Below the pieces are notes generated by a model. The model was not told the origin of the DNA and did no database searches. It worked only from the letters and a program-made list of their open reading frames with translations. Below are positions 54,739 to 63,545 of a stretch of 64,000 nt of DNA, in pieces. How positions within the stretch are numbered: position 1 is the stretch's first letter; each line of letters begins with the position of its first letter. Made by a program: the position numbers and the translations under genes. The DNA is from Clostridia bacterium (GTDB lineage: Bacteria > Bacillota > Clostridia > Oscillospirales > Acutalibacteraceae), in NCBI GenBank assembly GCA_017433225.1, contig JAFRHS010000044.1:28317-92316 (forward strand). Direction: 5' to 3'.

Positions 54739-55326
54739 TCAATACTTGCCGTATGTGTTGATGATGTTCTGCGCGATTTCCGCCTTCTTCTTGCAGTTGT
54801 CCATCGCGGCTTTCTCGATGTAACGGTGCGCTTCCTGCTCGGTGAACTTTAGGTTCTCCATGAGGAGCCCTTTGGCGCGATTCACGAGCCGGATCTCTTT
54901 CATCTTCTCTTCGAGAGACGCGGTCTTCTGTTCGAGCGCCTTGAGCCGCTGCTGCGTGGCCACCAGGAGTTTCATCGTCTGGAACGCCTGCTGTGCGGTA
55001 CAGGGCCGCGGCAGCGTCAGGACACCGTACTCTTCCACTTTATAGGAGACCTGCTCGTAGACGTCGTTCTTGACCATCATCATGACGCCGCAGCTCTGGT
55101 TCTGGGCAAGCTCGATGGCGAGCTCCGTGCCCATCTCATCTTTGAGCGGCGCGTTGATGACGACGATGTCGACGCTCCGGTCGACGAGCATCCGCTGTGC
55201 TTCTCCGGCGGAGTGGACGCACGTCAGCGGTGAAAACTGTTCCTTGGGCAGGATCTTCTGAAAGAATTCGACCGCTTTGTCGGTCGTCGAGACGACCATG
55301 ACGCTGGCAGCCTGTTCCTGTCTCAT
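54739..55326 (-). CDS. ANTAR-domain RNA-binding antiterminator with pseudo-receiver domain (NitR/AmiR-like)
   Basis: C-terminal coiled coil plus ANTAR (IRLVNRAKGLLMENLKFTEQEAHRYIEKAAMDN). The receiver lacks the acidic pocket and phospho-Asp (VVSTTD, DIVVINAPL). ATG 55326 has better spacing to AGGAGG than 55332. Confidence 0.8.
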   Translation of the reverse strand: MRQEQAASVMVVSTTDKAVEFFQKILPKEQFSPLTCVHSAGEAQRMLVDRSVDIVVINAPLKDEMGTELAIELAQNQSCGVMMMVKNDVYEQVSYKVEEYGVLTLPRPCTAQQAFQTMKLLVATQQRLKALEQKTASLEEKMKEIRLVNRAKGLLMENLKFTEQEAHRYIEKAAMDNCKKKAEIAQNIINTYGKY

Positions 55327-55361
55327 GTGCATCCACCTCCTTTCCGGGGTTTTGTTTCAAA

Positions 55362-56558
55362 TCAGAAGAGTTTCAGATAGTCGTCGCCGAGGATGTCGCG
55401 CACGAATGCGGAGTTCAGCGCCTTGTCGCGGGCGGCTTCGAGCGTCAGCGGGAGCTTCTTCAGGTCGGTGCGGTCCGCTTTGCCGTCGGCGAGGTCGAGG
55501 TTCGTGGGCTCGCCGGGGTCCATGTTGTTCCGGACGCCGTCGAGGCCGGCATAGATGAGCAGAGCGTACGCGATGTACGGGTTCGAGCCCGAGTCCGGCG
55601 AACGCAGTTTCAGGTGCCGGCGGTCTTTCGAGCACTCCGGGATCATGATGAGCTGGTTCCGGTTCTCGGACGACCACGTGATGTAGATGGGAGCCTTCTT
55701 CTCTCCGAAGCGCCGGTAGGACTCTTCCGTCGGGTTCAGGAAGAAGGTGATCTCCTCGATGTGTTTGATGATGCCTGCCATGAAGGCGCGGAGCTTGTCT
55801 TCCCCGTCCATGGCATGGACCATGATGTTGATGTGCATGCCGTTGCCGCTGTGTTCTTCGAGCGGCTTCGGCGAGAAGTCGGCAAAGAGGCCGTTGCGCA
55901 TGGCGATCGTCTTGATGACGGCGCGCAGCGTCAGGGTGTTTTCCGCTGCGGTCAGCGGGTCGGAATAGCGGAAGTCGACTTCGTTCTGCCCGGGGCCGGC
56001 TTCGTGGTGCGAGGACTCCGGTACGATGCCCATCTCGGACAGCGTGAAGCAGATCTCGCGGCGGACGTTCTCGCCCTTGTCTTCGGGGGCGATATCGAGG
56101 TAACCGGCTTCATCGAAGGGCTCCTTCGTGGGTCTCCCCTCGTCGTCGGTCTTGAACAGATAGAATTCGCTCTCGTTGCCGAAGGTGCAGTCCACGCCAC
56201 TCTTGTTCGCGTATTCGATGGCGGCCTGCAGAATGGACCGTGAATCGCCCTCAAAAGGCGTTCCGTCCGGGTAAGTCACGTTGCAGAACATACGCACAAC
56301 GCGGCCGTTGGAGGGCCTCCAGGGCAAAATGGAGAGCGTCGACGGGTCCGGGTGCAGGTACAGGTCGGACAGGACATAGTCCTTGAAGCCGTCGATGTTG
56401 CTCGAAGCGAACGGGATGCCTTCCTCGAAGGCCCGTTTCAGCTCACCTGGCATGATGGCGATGTTCTTCTGTTTTCCGAAAATATCCACGAATGCGAGGC
56501 GGATGAACTTGACATCCTCTTCCTCGACGAAGGTCAAAACATCTTCACGTGTATACAT
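55362..56558 (-). CDS. Glutamine-synthetase-family protein (398 aa) with substituted catalytic residues
   Basis: The GS fold is clear (GNESEFYLF, HHEAGPGQNEVDF, GNGMHINI), but GEKKAP replaces PGYEAP, LIMIP replaces LVRIP and HLKLRSPD replaces RVELRCPD relative to GlnA at 17433. Confidence 0.8.
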   Translation of the reverse strand: MYTREDVLTFVEEEDVKFIRLAFVDIFGKQKNIAIMPGELKRAFEEGIPFASSNIDGFKDYVLSDLYLHPDPSTLSILPWRPSNGRVVRMFCNVTYPDGTPFEGDSRSILQAAIEYANKSGVDCTFGNESEFYLFKTDDEGRPTKEPFDEAGYLDIAPEDKGENVRREICFTLSEMGIVPESSHHEAGPGQNEVDFRYSDPLTAAENTLTLRAVIKTIAMRNGLFADFSPKPLEEHSGNGMHINIMVHAMDGEDKLRAFMAGIIKHIEEITFFLNPTEESYRRFGEKKAPIYITWSSENRNQLIMIPECSKDRRHLKLRSPDSGSNPYIAYALLIYAGLDGVRNNMDPGEPTNLDLADGKADRTDLKKLPLTLEAARDKALNSAFVRDILGDDYLKLF

Positions 56559-56679
56559 AAGATTGCCTCCCGGTGTTGATATCTAAAAACTTAATAACTA
56601 GTTTACTGGCAGTTGGAGCGAATTTCAACATCAAATTTAACGATATGAAAAAGTATGCGATATAATTTTTCATTTTTTC

Positions 56680-56708
56680 TTGACAAAGTCAAAAACAGGT
56701 GCTAAAAT
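56680..56708 (+). promoter_or_regulatory. Sigma-A-type promoter of amtB::glnK
   Basis: TTGACA (56680-56685), 17 nt spacer, TAAAAT (56703-56708). Confidence 0.55.
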
Positions 56709-56716
56709 TCACACAT

Positions 56717-56767
56717 AAACGACAACGGCGTCATCGAGTTTTTCGCCGGTGTCGTTTTTTATTTTTT
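56717..56767 (+). terminator. First leader terminator upstream of amtB
   Basis: AAACGACAACGGCG / CGCCGGTGTCGTTT 14-bp stem followed by TTTTATTTTTT. Begins within a few nt of the predicted +1. Confidence 0.7.
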
Positions 56768-56769
56768 CA

Positions 56770-56820
56770 AGGCAACGGTGTCTCTTTTTGAAAGAGTGCG
56801 CAGTTGCCTGATTTTTTTTG
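56770..56820 (+). terminator. Second leader terminator upstream of amtB
   Basis: AAGGCAAC ... GTTGCCT stem enclosing CTCTTTTTGAAAGAG, followed by GATTTTTTTT. Confidence 0.6.
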
Positions 56821-56835
56821 GGAGTGATAGAAACG

Positions 56836-58626
56836 ATGGAAAACAATATCATGACGCTGTTGTCCGGTGGACTCAACAATGCATGGGTCCTTCTCGGCGC
56901 GGCGCTGGTGTTCTTTATGCAGGCTGGTTTCGCGATGTGCGAAGCAGGTTTTACCAGAGCAAAGAATGCCGGCAACATCATTATGAAGAACCTGATGGAT
57001 CTGTCGATCGGCACGGTCCTGTACTGGCTGGTCGGGTTCGGGATCATGTTCGGCTCTCAGTCCGCTTTCTTTGGAGCCATTGATCTCTTCACACAGGGGA
57101 GTTACGCAGATGCCCTGCCGGACGGTGTTTCGATATTTTCATTCTTCATTTTCCAGACGGTCTTCTGTGCGACTTCTGCGACGATCGTTTCCGGCTCGAT
57201 GGCGGAGCGCACCAAGTTCAGTTCTTACTGTTTGTACAGTGCGCTGATCAGTCTTGTCATCTACCCCATCGAAGGCCACTGGATCTGGGGTGGCGGCTGG
57301 CTGGCAGCCATGGGATTCCATGATTTCGCCGGTTCGACTGCGGTCCATATGAATGGCGGCGTGATTGCTCTGATCGGTGCGGCACTTCTGGGTCCTCGCA
57401 TCGGCAAATACGGAAAAGACGGGAAACCGCGCGCCATCCCCGGTCACAATATCCCGATCGCCGCACTCGGTGTCTTTATCCTCTGGTTCTGCTGGTTCGG
57501 ATTCAATGGCTGTTCGACCGTCAGCATGATGGGCGATGATGCGAGTCTTGCCGGAAAAGTCTTCTTTAATACGAACCTTGCAGCGGCAACGGCAACGGAT
57601 ACCGCACTGATTTATACATGGATCAAGTATAAAAAACCGGACGTTTCATTGACTCTGAACGGCTCACTGGCCGGTCTGGTCGGTATTACAGCCGGGTGCG
57701 ATATCGTCGATCCCTGGGCGGCAGCGTTGATCGGTATCCTCTGTTCGCTCGCCATGTTGATCGGTGTGGAATTCGTCGATCGCAAACTGAAAGTAGATGA
57801 TCCTGTTGGTGCGATCAGTGTACACGGTATTGCAGGTGCTTTTGGTACGATCCTGACCGGTATCCTTTGCACGAGCGATCACCTTCAGGACGCCGGCATG
57901 AGCCGTGGACAGTTTGCCGGTATCCAGATCCTTGGTGTCCTCTCCGTGATCGTTTGGGCCGGTGCGTGTTCCTATGTCCTGTTTGTTACGTTGAAGCACA
58001 CGCTCGGTCTTCGTGTCTCTCGTGAAGAAGAGCTGTCCGGTCTGGACATTCCGGAGCATGGACTGGTCAGCGCCTATGCAGATTTCATGCCGTCGATCGA
58101 AAGCCATGTCAGCCTTCCTGTGAAGCTCAATACGGAGGAACTGGATGCGGCTGATGCTGCCGTCGCGAAAGAACTGGCCGGACTGACTGAAACACCGGTC
58201 CCGGTCGAGCATGCAGTCCCGGTCAAAGTGGTCAAAGTGCCCCGTGACACCGGACTCAAAGCTCCGGTCTCGATCCATAAGCTCAGCATCGTCATCAAGC
58301 AGGATAAACTCGACGCATTGAAAGAAGCTCTGATCGAAATCGGTATTACCGGCATGACGGTCACGAATGTTCTTGGCTGTGGTATGAGGCACGGTGTCAC
58401 CCATTACCGTGGTGCCGAGCAGGAGATCTATCTGCATCCGAGGATCGAAGTCGAGGTCGTCGTTTCGAAGATCCCGGTCGATACGGTCGTCGAAACGGCC
58501 AAGAAAGTCCTTTACACCGGCCATTACGGCGATGGGAAGATCTTTGTCTATGATGTTGCCAATGTCATCAAAGTAAGGACCGGAGAAGAAGGTTATGCTG
58601 CTCTGCAGGATGTCGAGCAGTTCTGA
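56836..58626 (+). CDS. amtB: Ammonium transporter fused to a C-terminal P-II (GlnK/GlnB-like) domain
   Basis: AmtB core (FFMQAGFAMCEAG, FAGSTAVHMNGG) of about 410 aa, a ~60-aa linker, then P-II (GITGMTVTNVLGCG...YRGAEQ...GDGKIFVYDV). Confidence 0.9.
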   Translation: MENNIMTLLSGGLNNAWVLLGAALVFFMQAGFAMCEAGFTRAKNAGNIIMKNLMDLSIGTVLYWLVGFGIMFGSQSAFFGAIDLFTQGSYADALPDGVSIFSFFIFQTVFCATSATIVSGSMAERTKFSSYCLYSALISLVIYPIEGHWIWGGGWLAAMGFHDFAGSTAVHMNGGVIALIGAALLGPRIGKYGKDGKPRAIPGHNIPIAALGVFILWFCWFGFNGCSTVSMMGDDASLAGKVFFNTNLAAATATDTALIYTWIKYKKPDVSLTLNGSLAGLVGITAGCDIVDPWAAALIGILCSLAMLIGVEFVDRKLKVDDPVGAISVHGIAGAFGTILTGILCTSDHLQDAGMSRGQFAGIQILGVLSVIVWAGACSYVLFVTLKHTLGLRVSREEELSGLDIPEHGLVSAYADFMPSIESHVSLPVKLNTEELDAADAAVAKELAGLTETPVPVEHAVPVKVVKVPRDTGLKAPVSIHKLSIVIKQDKLDALKEALIEIGITGMTVTNVLGCGMRHGVTHYRGAEQEIYLHPRIEVEVVVSKIPVDTVVETAKKVLYTGHYGDGKIFVYDVANVIKVRTGEEGYAALQDVEQF

Positions 58627-58656
58627 TTCAAGAAATCTGTCTCAATATAATAGCTG

Positions 58657-58690
58657 GACCCTGCCATCGTATGGGTGGCAGGGTCTTGGT
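58657..58690 (+). terminator. Probable terminator after amtB::glnK
   Basis: GACCCTGCCA ... TGGCAGGGTC stem with a weak T-run. Confidence 0.5.
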
Positions 58691-58709
58691 CATTTTAAAG
58701 AGGAAACTT

Positions 58710-60092
58710 TTACAACGCAGCCTGGAACGCCTGCGAGATATACTGAACCCCGATGATCTCTGCCTGGGCCATGGTCTCTTTCGAGAGGTGGCGCAGGTTG
58801 TCTTTCGGGACGATGATCTTGTGAAACCCGAGGCGGATGGCCTCTTTGACGCGCTGCTCGCAGAAGCCGACGGAACGGATCTCGCCGGCGAGGCCGATCT
58901 CTCCGAACGCGAGGACGTCGTCGGGGACGACGGCCTCTTTCAGGGACGAGACGAGCGACAGCGCGACGGACAGGTCTGCGGCGGGCTCGAACAGCTTGAT
59001 GCCGCCGATGACGTTGAGGTACACATCCATGTTGGAGAAGTAGTACCCTCCCCTCTTTTCGAGGACTGCCAGGATGACGTTGAGCCGGTTGAAGTCGTAG
59101 CCGTTGGCCATGCGCCGCGGGTTGCCGAAGTTGCTTGCGGTGGCGAGCCCCTGGACTTCCGCGAGGATGGGCCGCATGCCCTCCATGACGCAGGCGACAC
59201 ACGAACCGCTGGAGTTCGCCGGACGGCCTTCCAGCATCATTTTCGAGGGGTTCTCGACCTGCCGGAGGCCCTGGTCCATCATCTCGAAGACGCCGATCTC
59301 GTTGGTGGAGCCGAACCGGTTCTTGGCGGCCCGCAGGATGCGGTAGGAGTAGTTCTTTTCGCCTTCGAAGTACAGGACCGTGTCGACGATGTGCTCGAGC
59401 ACCTTGGGCCCGGCGATGTTGCCGTCCTTGTTGACGTGCCCGACGATGATGACCGGGATGTCGAGGCTCTTCGCGGTGCGCAGGAGCAGGTTCGTGCATT
59501 CCCGGACCTGGGTGATGGAGCCGGCGGACGAGGACAGCTCGGAGAGCGTCATGGTCTGGATGGAGTCGATGATGACGATGTCCGGTTTCTTCGCGTTCAC
59601 CTGTTCGGTGATGACTTCGACGTCGGTCTCGCAGAGCACCAGAAGGTTCTCGGACGTGACGCCCAGGCGGTCGGCGCGAAGTTTGATCTGGTGGGGGCTT
59701 TCCTCACCGGAGGCATAGAGAACGGTCTCTTCCTCCCCCAGCGTCTGACAGATCTGCAGAAGGATGGTGGACTTGCCGATGCCGGGGTCGCCGGACAGCA
59801 GGACCACAGAGCCCTTGACGATGCCGCCTCCGAGGACGCGGTCGAACTCCGAGAGCCCGGTATGGTACCGGTGTTCCCCGACCGTCTGGATCTCGGAGAT
59901 CTTCTGGGCCACCCCTCGGGTGCCTCCTCCGAGTCCGCCGGCGCGGGCGGCAGCCGTATTCCCTTTCTGTTCCACGCGGACTTCTTCCTGCATGGTGTCC
60001 CATTCCCCGCACTGGGGGCATTTGCCGTACCATTTCGGGTTCTCGTACCCGCAGTTCTGGCAGACAAACAAAGACTTCATCTTCGATGCCAT
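58710..60092 (-). CDS. radA: DNA repair protein RadA/Sms
   Basis: N-terminal zinc finger CQNCGYENPKWYGKCPQCGEW, Walker A GDPGIGKST, KNRFG motif, Lon-like C-terminus. Confidence 0.95.
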   Translation of the reverse strand: MASKMKSLFVCQNCGYENPKWYGKCPQCGEWDTMQEEVRVEQKGNTAAARAGGLGGGTRGVAQKISEIQTVGEHRYHTGLSEFDRVLGGGIVKGSVVLLSGDPGIGKSTILLQICQTLGEEETVLYASGEESPHQIKLRADRLGVTSENLLVLCETDVEVITEQVNAKKPDIVIIDSIQTMTLSELSSSAGSITQVRECTNLLLRTAKSLDIPVIIVGHVNKDGNIAGPKVLEHIVDTVLYFEGEKNYSYRILRAAKNRFGSTNEIGVFEMMDQGLRQVENPSKMMLEGRPANSSGSCVACVMEGMRPILAEVQGLATASNFGNPRRMANGYDFNRLNVILAVLEKRGGYYFSNMDVYLNVIGGIKLFEPAADLSVALSLVSSLKEAVVPDDVLAFGEIGLAGEIRSVGFCEQRVKEAIRLGFHKIIVPKDNLRHLSKETMAQAEIIGVQYISQAFQAAL

Positions 60093-60191
60093 GGGGCGAT
60101 CGACTCCTTAAGTTCAATAGAATAACGGACAAAGAAAATCCTTGTCCGTTAGTATACCATAAAACCCCGCGAATTGCTCGCGTTCAGAGGG

Positions 60192-61301
60192 TTATTTAAA
60201 GTACATGTAATATTGACATTTGATCATGCCGTTATACAGCTTGCGGCGCTTGTCCGCCTTTCGTCCGAAGAGCTTCTCGAAGTCCTCCGACGGGCTGATG
60301 ATGGAGTAGCTCCAGCCCCGTTCTCTCGGGAAGACTTCGCCCATGGTGCGGTAGATGGCTTCCGCCTCCCGGATCTCCATGAGACGCTCGCCGTACGGCG
60401 GGTTGCAGATGACGGTGCCCCGGTCGGTCTTCTTTTCGAAGTCTTTGAGGTCCCGCACCTCGAAGGTGATGCGGTCCTCGACCCCGGCGCGTCTCGCGTT
60501 CTCTTTCGCGATCTCGATGACCTCCGGGTCGATGTCCGAACCGTACGCGTGGAACGAACAGTCCGTGTTCACGAGGTCTCTCGCCCGTTCTCTCTCCTCG
60601 TCCCAGATCTCTTTCGGAAATTGGCGGAACGTCTCCGCACGGAAGTGGCGATGGACCCCGGGAGCCATGTTCAGCGCTTTCAGTGCACCCTCGATGAGGA
60701 TGGTCCCGGAGCCGCACATGGGGTCGTACAGCGTGTGGAAGTCCCGGACGCGGGCGATGTCGACCAGGGAGGCGGCCAGCGTCTCCTTGATGGGCGCGTC
60801 GTTCGCTTTGAGCCGGTAGCCGCGCTTATGCAGCCCGGCGCCGGTCGTGTCGATGACGATGGTGACTTCATCTTTCAGGATGGAGAACTGTACCTGGTAC
60901 GTGGCACCCGTCTCTGAGAACCAGGGCACCTGGTAGACGGTCTTGAGGCGCTCGACCATGGCCTTTTTGATGATGGCCTGGCAGTCCCGGACACTGAAGA
61001 GTTTGGAGTTCAGCGAGTAGCCCTTGACCGGGAACGCGTCGTCTTTTCCGATCCAGTCCTCGAGCGGCAGCGCTTTGACGCCCTGGAACAGCTCCTCAAA
61101 GGTGACAGCATGAAAAGAACCCAGAAGGATCTGGATTCTTTCCGCGTGTCGTAAAACTATGTTGGCTCTTGCGAGGATATGCTCATCGCCGGAAAACAGG
61201 ACCCGGGCATTTTCTGCGCGGACGTCTTCCGCTCCGAGCTCTCTGAGCTCGTTCGCGATGAGGCTCTCAACACCCATCAAACATGGGACGACAAAATTCA
61301 T
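60192..61301 (-). CDS. THUMP-domain class I SAM-dependent RNA methyltransferase (RlmL/YpsC-like)
   Basis: THUMP N-terminus, DPMCGSGT SAM motif, NPPYGER catalytic motif. Confidence 0.85.
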   Translation of the reverse strand: MNFVVPCLMGVESLIANELRELGAEDVRAENARVLFSGDEHILARANIVLRHAERIQILLGSFHAVTFEELFQGVKALPLEDWIGKDDAFPVKGYSLNSKLFSVRDCQAIIKKAMVERLKTVYQVPWFSETGATYQVQFSILKDEVTIVIDTTGAGLHKRGYRLKANDAPIKETLAASLVDIARVRDFHTLYDPMCGSGTILIEGALKALNMAPGVHRHFRAETFRQFPKEIWDEERERARDLVNTDCSFHAYGSDIDPEVIEIAKENARRAGVEDRITFEVRDLKDFEKKTDRGTVICNPPYGERLMEIREAEAIYRTMGEVFPRERGWSYSIISPSEDFEKLFGRKADKRRKLYNGMIKCQYYMYFK

Positions 61302-61304
61302 AGA

Positions 61305-61838
61305 TCACTCTTTCTCCGGTTCGAGGAGGCCGTAGCCGCCTTCTTTCCGGGCATAGACGACGTTGATGTCGCCGGTGTCGATGTTCTCGAAGAGATAGAA
61401 GTCGTGCTCGAGCAGGTTCATCTGCAGGATGGCTTCATCGACGGTCTGAGGTTTGATGACGATGTTCTTCTGACGTTCGATCTTGTACTCGACTTCTTCT
61501 TCCACGGCCGGAGCGTCCGGAATGAGAGCGTCGAAGTTGCCGGATTTGATCTTCTTTTCGACTTTGGTCTTATTTTTACGGATCTGACGGATGAGGTTGT
61601 CGACGCATTTATCGAGCGCCGCCGTCATGTCCGGGTCGGTCGCCTGGGAGCGGAAGAACAGGCCGTTGTTCTGAACGGTGAGTTCGACCGTCGTCGTGTT
61701 ATTCTTATTCACGGAAGCAGTGATCTTTGCGTTCCCCTCCCCTCCGAAAAACTTGTCGATCTTCGCAAGTTTCTTATCGGCGTGGTCCTTGAAGGACTCT
61801 TTCGGGGTGCATTTTCTGCCAACGATCGTAGTTTTCAT
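61305..61838 (-). CDS. hpf: Ribosome hibernation-promoting factor (long form)
   Basis: MKTTIVGRK... N-terminal domain plus a C-terminal dimerisation domain (KPQTVDEAILQMNLLEHDFYLF). AAGGAGG Shine-Dalgarno. Confidence 0.9.
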   Translation of the reverse strand: MKTTIVGRKCTPKESFKDHADKKLAKIDKFFGGEGNAKITASVNKNNTTTVELTVQNNGLFFRSQATDPDMTAALDKCVDNLIRQIRKNKTKVEKKIKSGNFDALIPDAPAVEEEVEYKIERQKNIVIKPQTVDEAILQMNLLEHDFYLFENIDTGDINVVYARKEGGYGLLEPEKE

Positions 61839-61934
61839 AGTGTTACCTCCTTTAAGGTCAACTGACACTTGTATTATAGCATAAAAAAACCGGAGCATAC
61901 AGAGATACTCCGGTATGTTGTCATATTTTTTCGT

Positions 61935-62420
61935 TCAGCCGTACCGCTTGTTTCCGCCCCGGCGGGAGAAGCCGCCGTGCTTCGATTCCGTGGCACGCTT
62001 GAGATCGGTGAGCTTGTCATCCGACTGCTGCTTGAACTGAGACATCATCTCTTCAAAGGTGAGGTCCTGTTTGTCGGAAAACTTGGATTTCTGACCCTGC
62101 CAGACATTGGGTGCAGACCGTTTCCGCTCGCGGCGTTCCACGTTGTCGCGAGGATCGTCTTCCGCTTTTTTGATGACTTCAGCGTTTTCCGGGACCTGTT
62201 TCAGCGAGAGGCTGATCTTGCCGTTCTCATCGATGCTGAGGACTTTGACCTTGACGGTCTGTCCTTTTTCCAGGAAGTCGCCGATGTCTTTGACGTACGT
62301 GGTGGACACTTCCGAAATGTGGATCATGCCGACCTTTTCTTCCGGAAGACTGACAAATGCGCCGAACTTGGTCAGTCCGGTCACTCTACCTTCTACGATT
62401 TCTCCTACTCCCAGTGCCAT
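61935..62420 (-). CDS. S1 RNA-binding domain protein (YabR-like)
   Basis: GEIVEGRVTGLTKFGAFVSL...GMIHISEV. Confidence 0.85.
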   Translation of the reverse strand: MALGVGEIVEGRVTGLTKFGAFVSLPEEKVGMIHISEVSTTYVKDIGDFLEKGQTVKVKVLSIDENGKISLSLKQVPENAEVIKKAEDDPRDNVERRERKRSAPNVWQGQKSKFSDKQDLTFEEMMSQFKQQSDDKLTDLKRATESKHGGFSRRGGNKRYG

Positions 62421-62451
62421 ACGTGCGTGAAATGCCTCCTCTTATGCAGCA

Positions 62452-62775
62452 TCAGTTGGCGGTGGAGACATCATAGTAGACGCTTTCTCCGGGCAGGACA
62501 TAACCGAGCACGTCACGGGCAATACGCTCCATGTACGTCTTCTCATCCTCTTCCTGAGCAAGCTCCTTGAGTTCGGCGTTCTCTGCCTGAGCCGAGGCAA
62601 GAGTCTGCCGCGCAGTCTCCACTTCTTTGGTTTTCTCATTGATCTGAAACTGAAGGGATACAAGGGAAATGACGAAGTACCCCAGAATAGCAACGGTAGC
62701 AAGGGTCAGGATAAAGCTTTTGTTAGAGCGTTTAACGACTGATTTGCTGTTTTTCTTTGCCAACGCGAGGACCAT
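62452..62775 (-). CDS. divIC: Septum formation initiator (FtsB/DivIC family)
   Basis: TM helix plus coiled coil, then ERIARDVLGYVLPGE. Confidence 0.8.
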   Translation of the reverse strand: MVLALAKKNSKSVVKRSNKSFILTLATVAILGYFVISLVSLQFQINEKTKEVETARQTLASAQAENAELKELAQEEDEKTYMERIARDVLGYVLPGESVYYDVSTAN

Positions 62776-62873
62776 CCTTTCTTTGCGTCATATTCTCCAA
62801 TCTCATAATCATTGTTAATTATAAGATAAACAGAGATAAAAAGGCAAGAAATACTTACATATTTTTTAACATA

Positions 62874-63113
62874 TCAGAGAAGTTGATACATTTCTCCCGC
62901 GGTCTCTTTGGTAGCGTGTTCGACGACCGTCAGGACTTTGGCCCGGATGACACGGGAGCCCATCGTGATCTCGATCTCGTCCCCCACCTTCACGTCGTAG
63001 GAGGCGCGGGCCACTTTGCCGTTGACCGTGACATGTTTCGCGTCACAGAGTTCATTGGCAACGGTGCGGCGTTTGACGAGCCGGGAGACTTTCAGATATT
63101 TGTCTAATCTCAT
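62874..63113 (-). CDS. S4-domain RNA-binding protein (YabO/Hsp15-like)
   Basis: MRLDKYLKVSRLVKRRTVANE. Confidence 0.85.
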   Translation of the reverse strand: MRLDKYLKVSRLVKRRTVANELCDAKHVTVNGKVARASYDVKVGDEIEITMGSRVIRAKVLTVVEHATKETAGEMYQLL

Positions 63114-63184
63114 ATGGGAATACCTCGAATACGGAAATTGGGAGGAACGTGACCGTTCCTCCCAAGATTTACGCATAAATATGA

Positions 63185-63457
63185 TTATTTAACAGCGTCT
63201 TTAAGAGCCTTGCCTGCTTTGAAAGCCGGAAGTTTGGATGCCGGAACGGTCATCGGCTCGCCGGTTCTCGGGTTGTGGCCCTGTTTTGCAGCGCGGTTGC
63301 GGACTTCGAAGGTGCCGAAGCCGACAAGCTGGACTTTGTCACCGGCCTTGAGAGCCTCGGTGATCTGATCGAGAACAGAAGCGACAGCCTTTTCAGCGTC
63401 TTTCTTGGTGAAACCGGTTTCTGCTGCAACAGCATTGACGAGATCAGTCTTATTCAT
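63185..63457 (-). CDS. hup: HU-family DNA-binding protein
   Basis: MNKTDLVNAVAAETGFTKKDAEKAV...RNPRTGEPM. GGAGG Shine-Dalgarno. Confidence 0.95.
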   Translation of the reverse strand: MNKTDLVNAVAAETGFTKKDAEKAVASVLDQITEALKAGDKVQLVGFGTFEVRNRAAKQGHNPRTGEPMTVPASKLPAFKAGKALKDAVK

Positions 63458-63545
63458 GTTAAAATTCCTCCATTTTTTCAATTACAGCTTAATTGAGTGA
63501 TTTGAGTCCTACCACAAGATGTTGTGGACTCACACCTCCAATATA

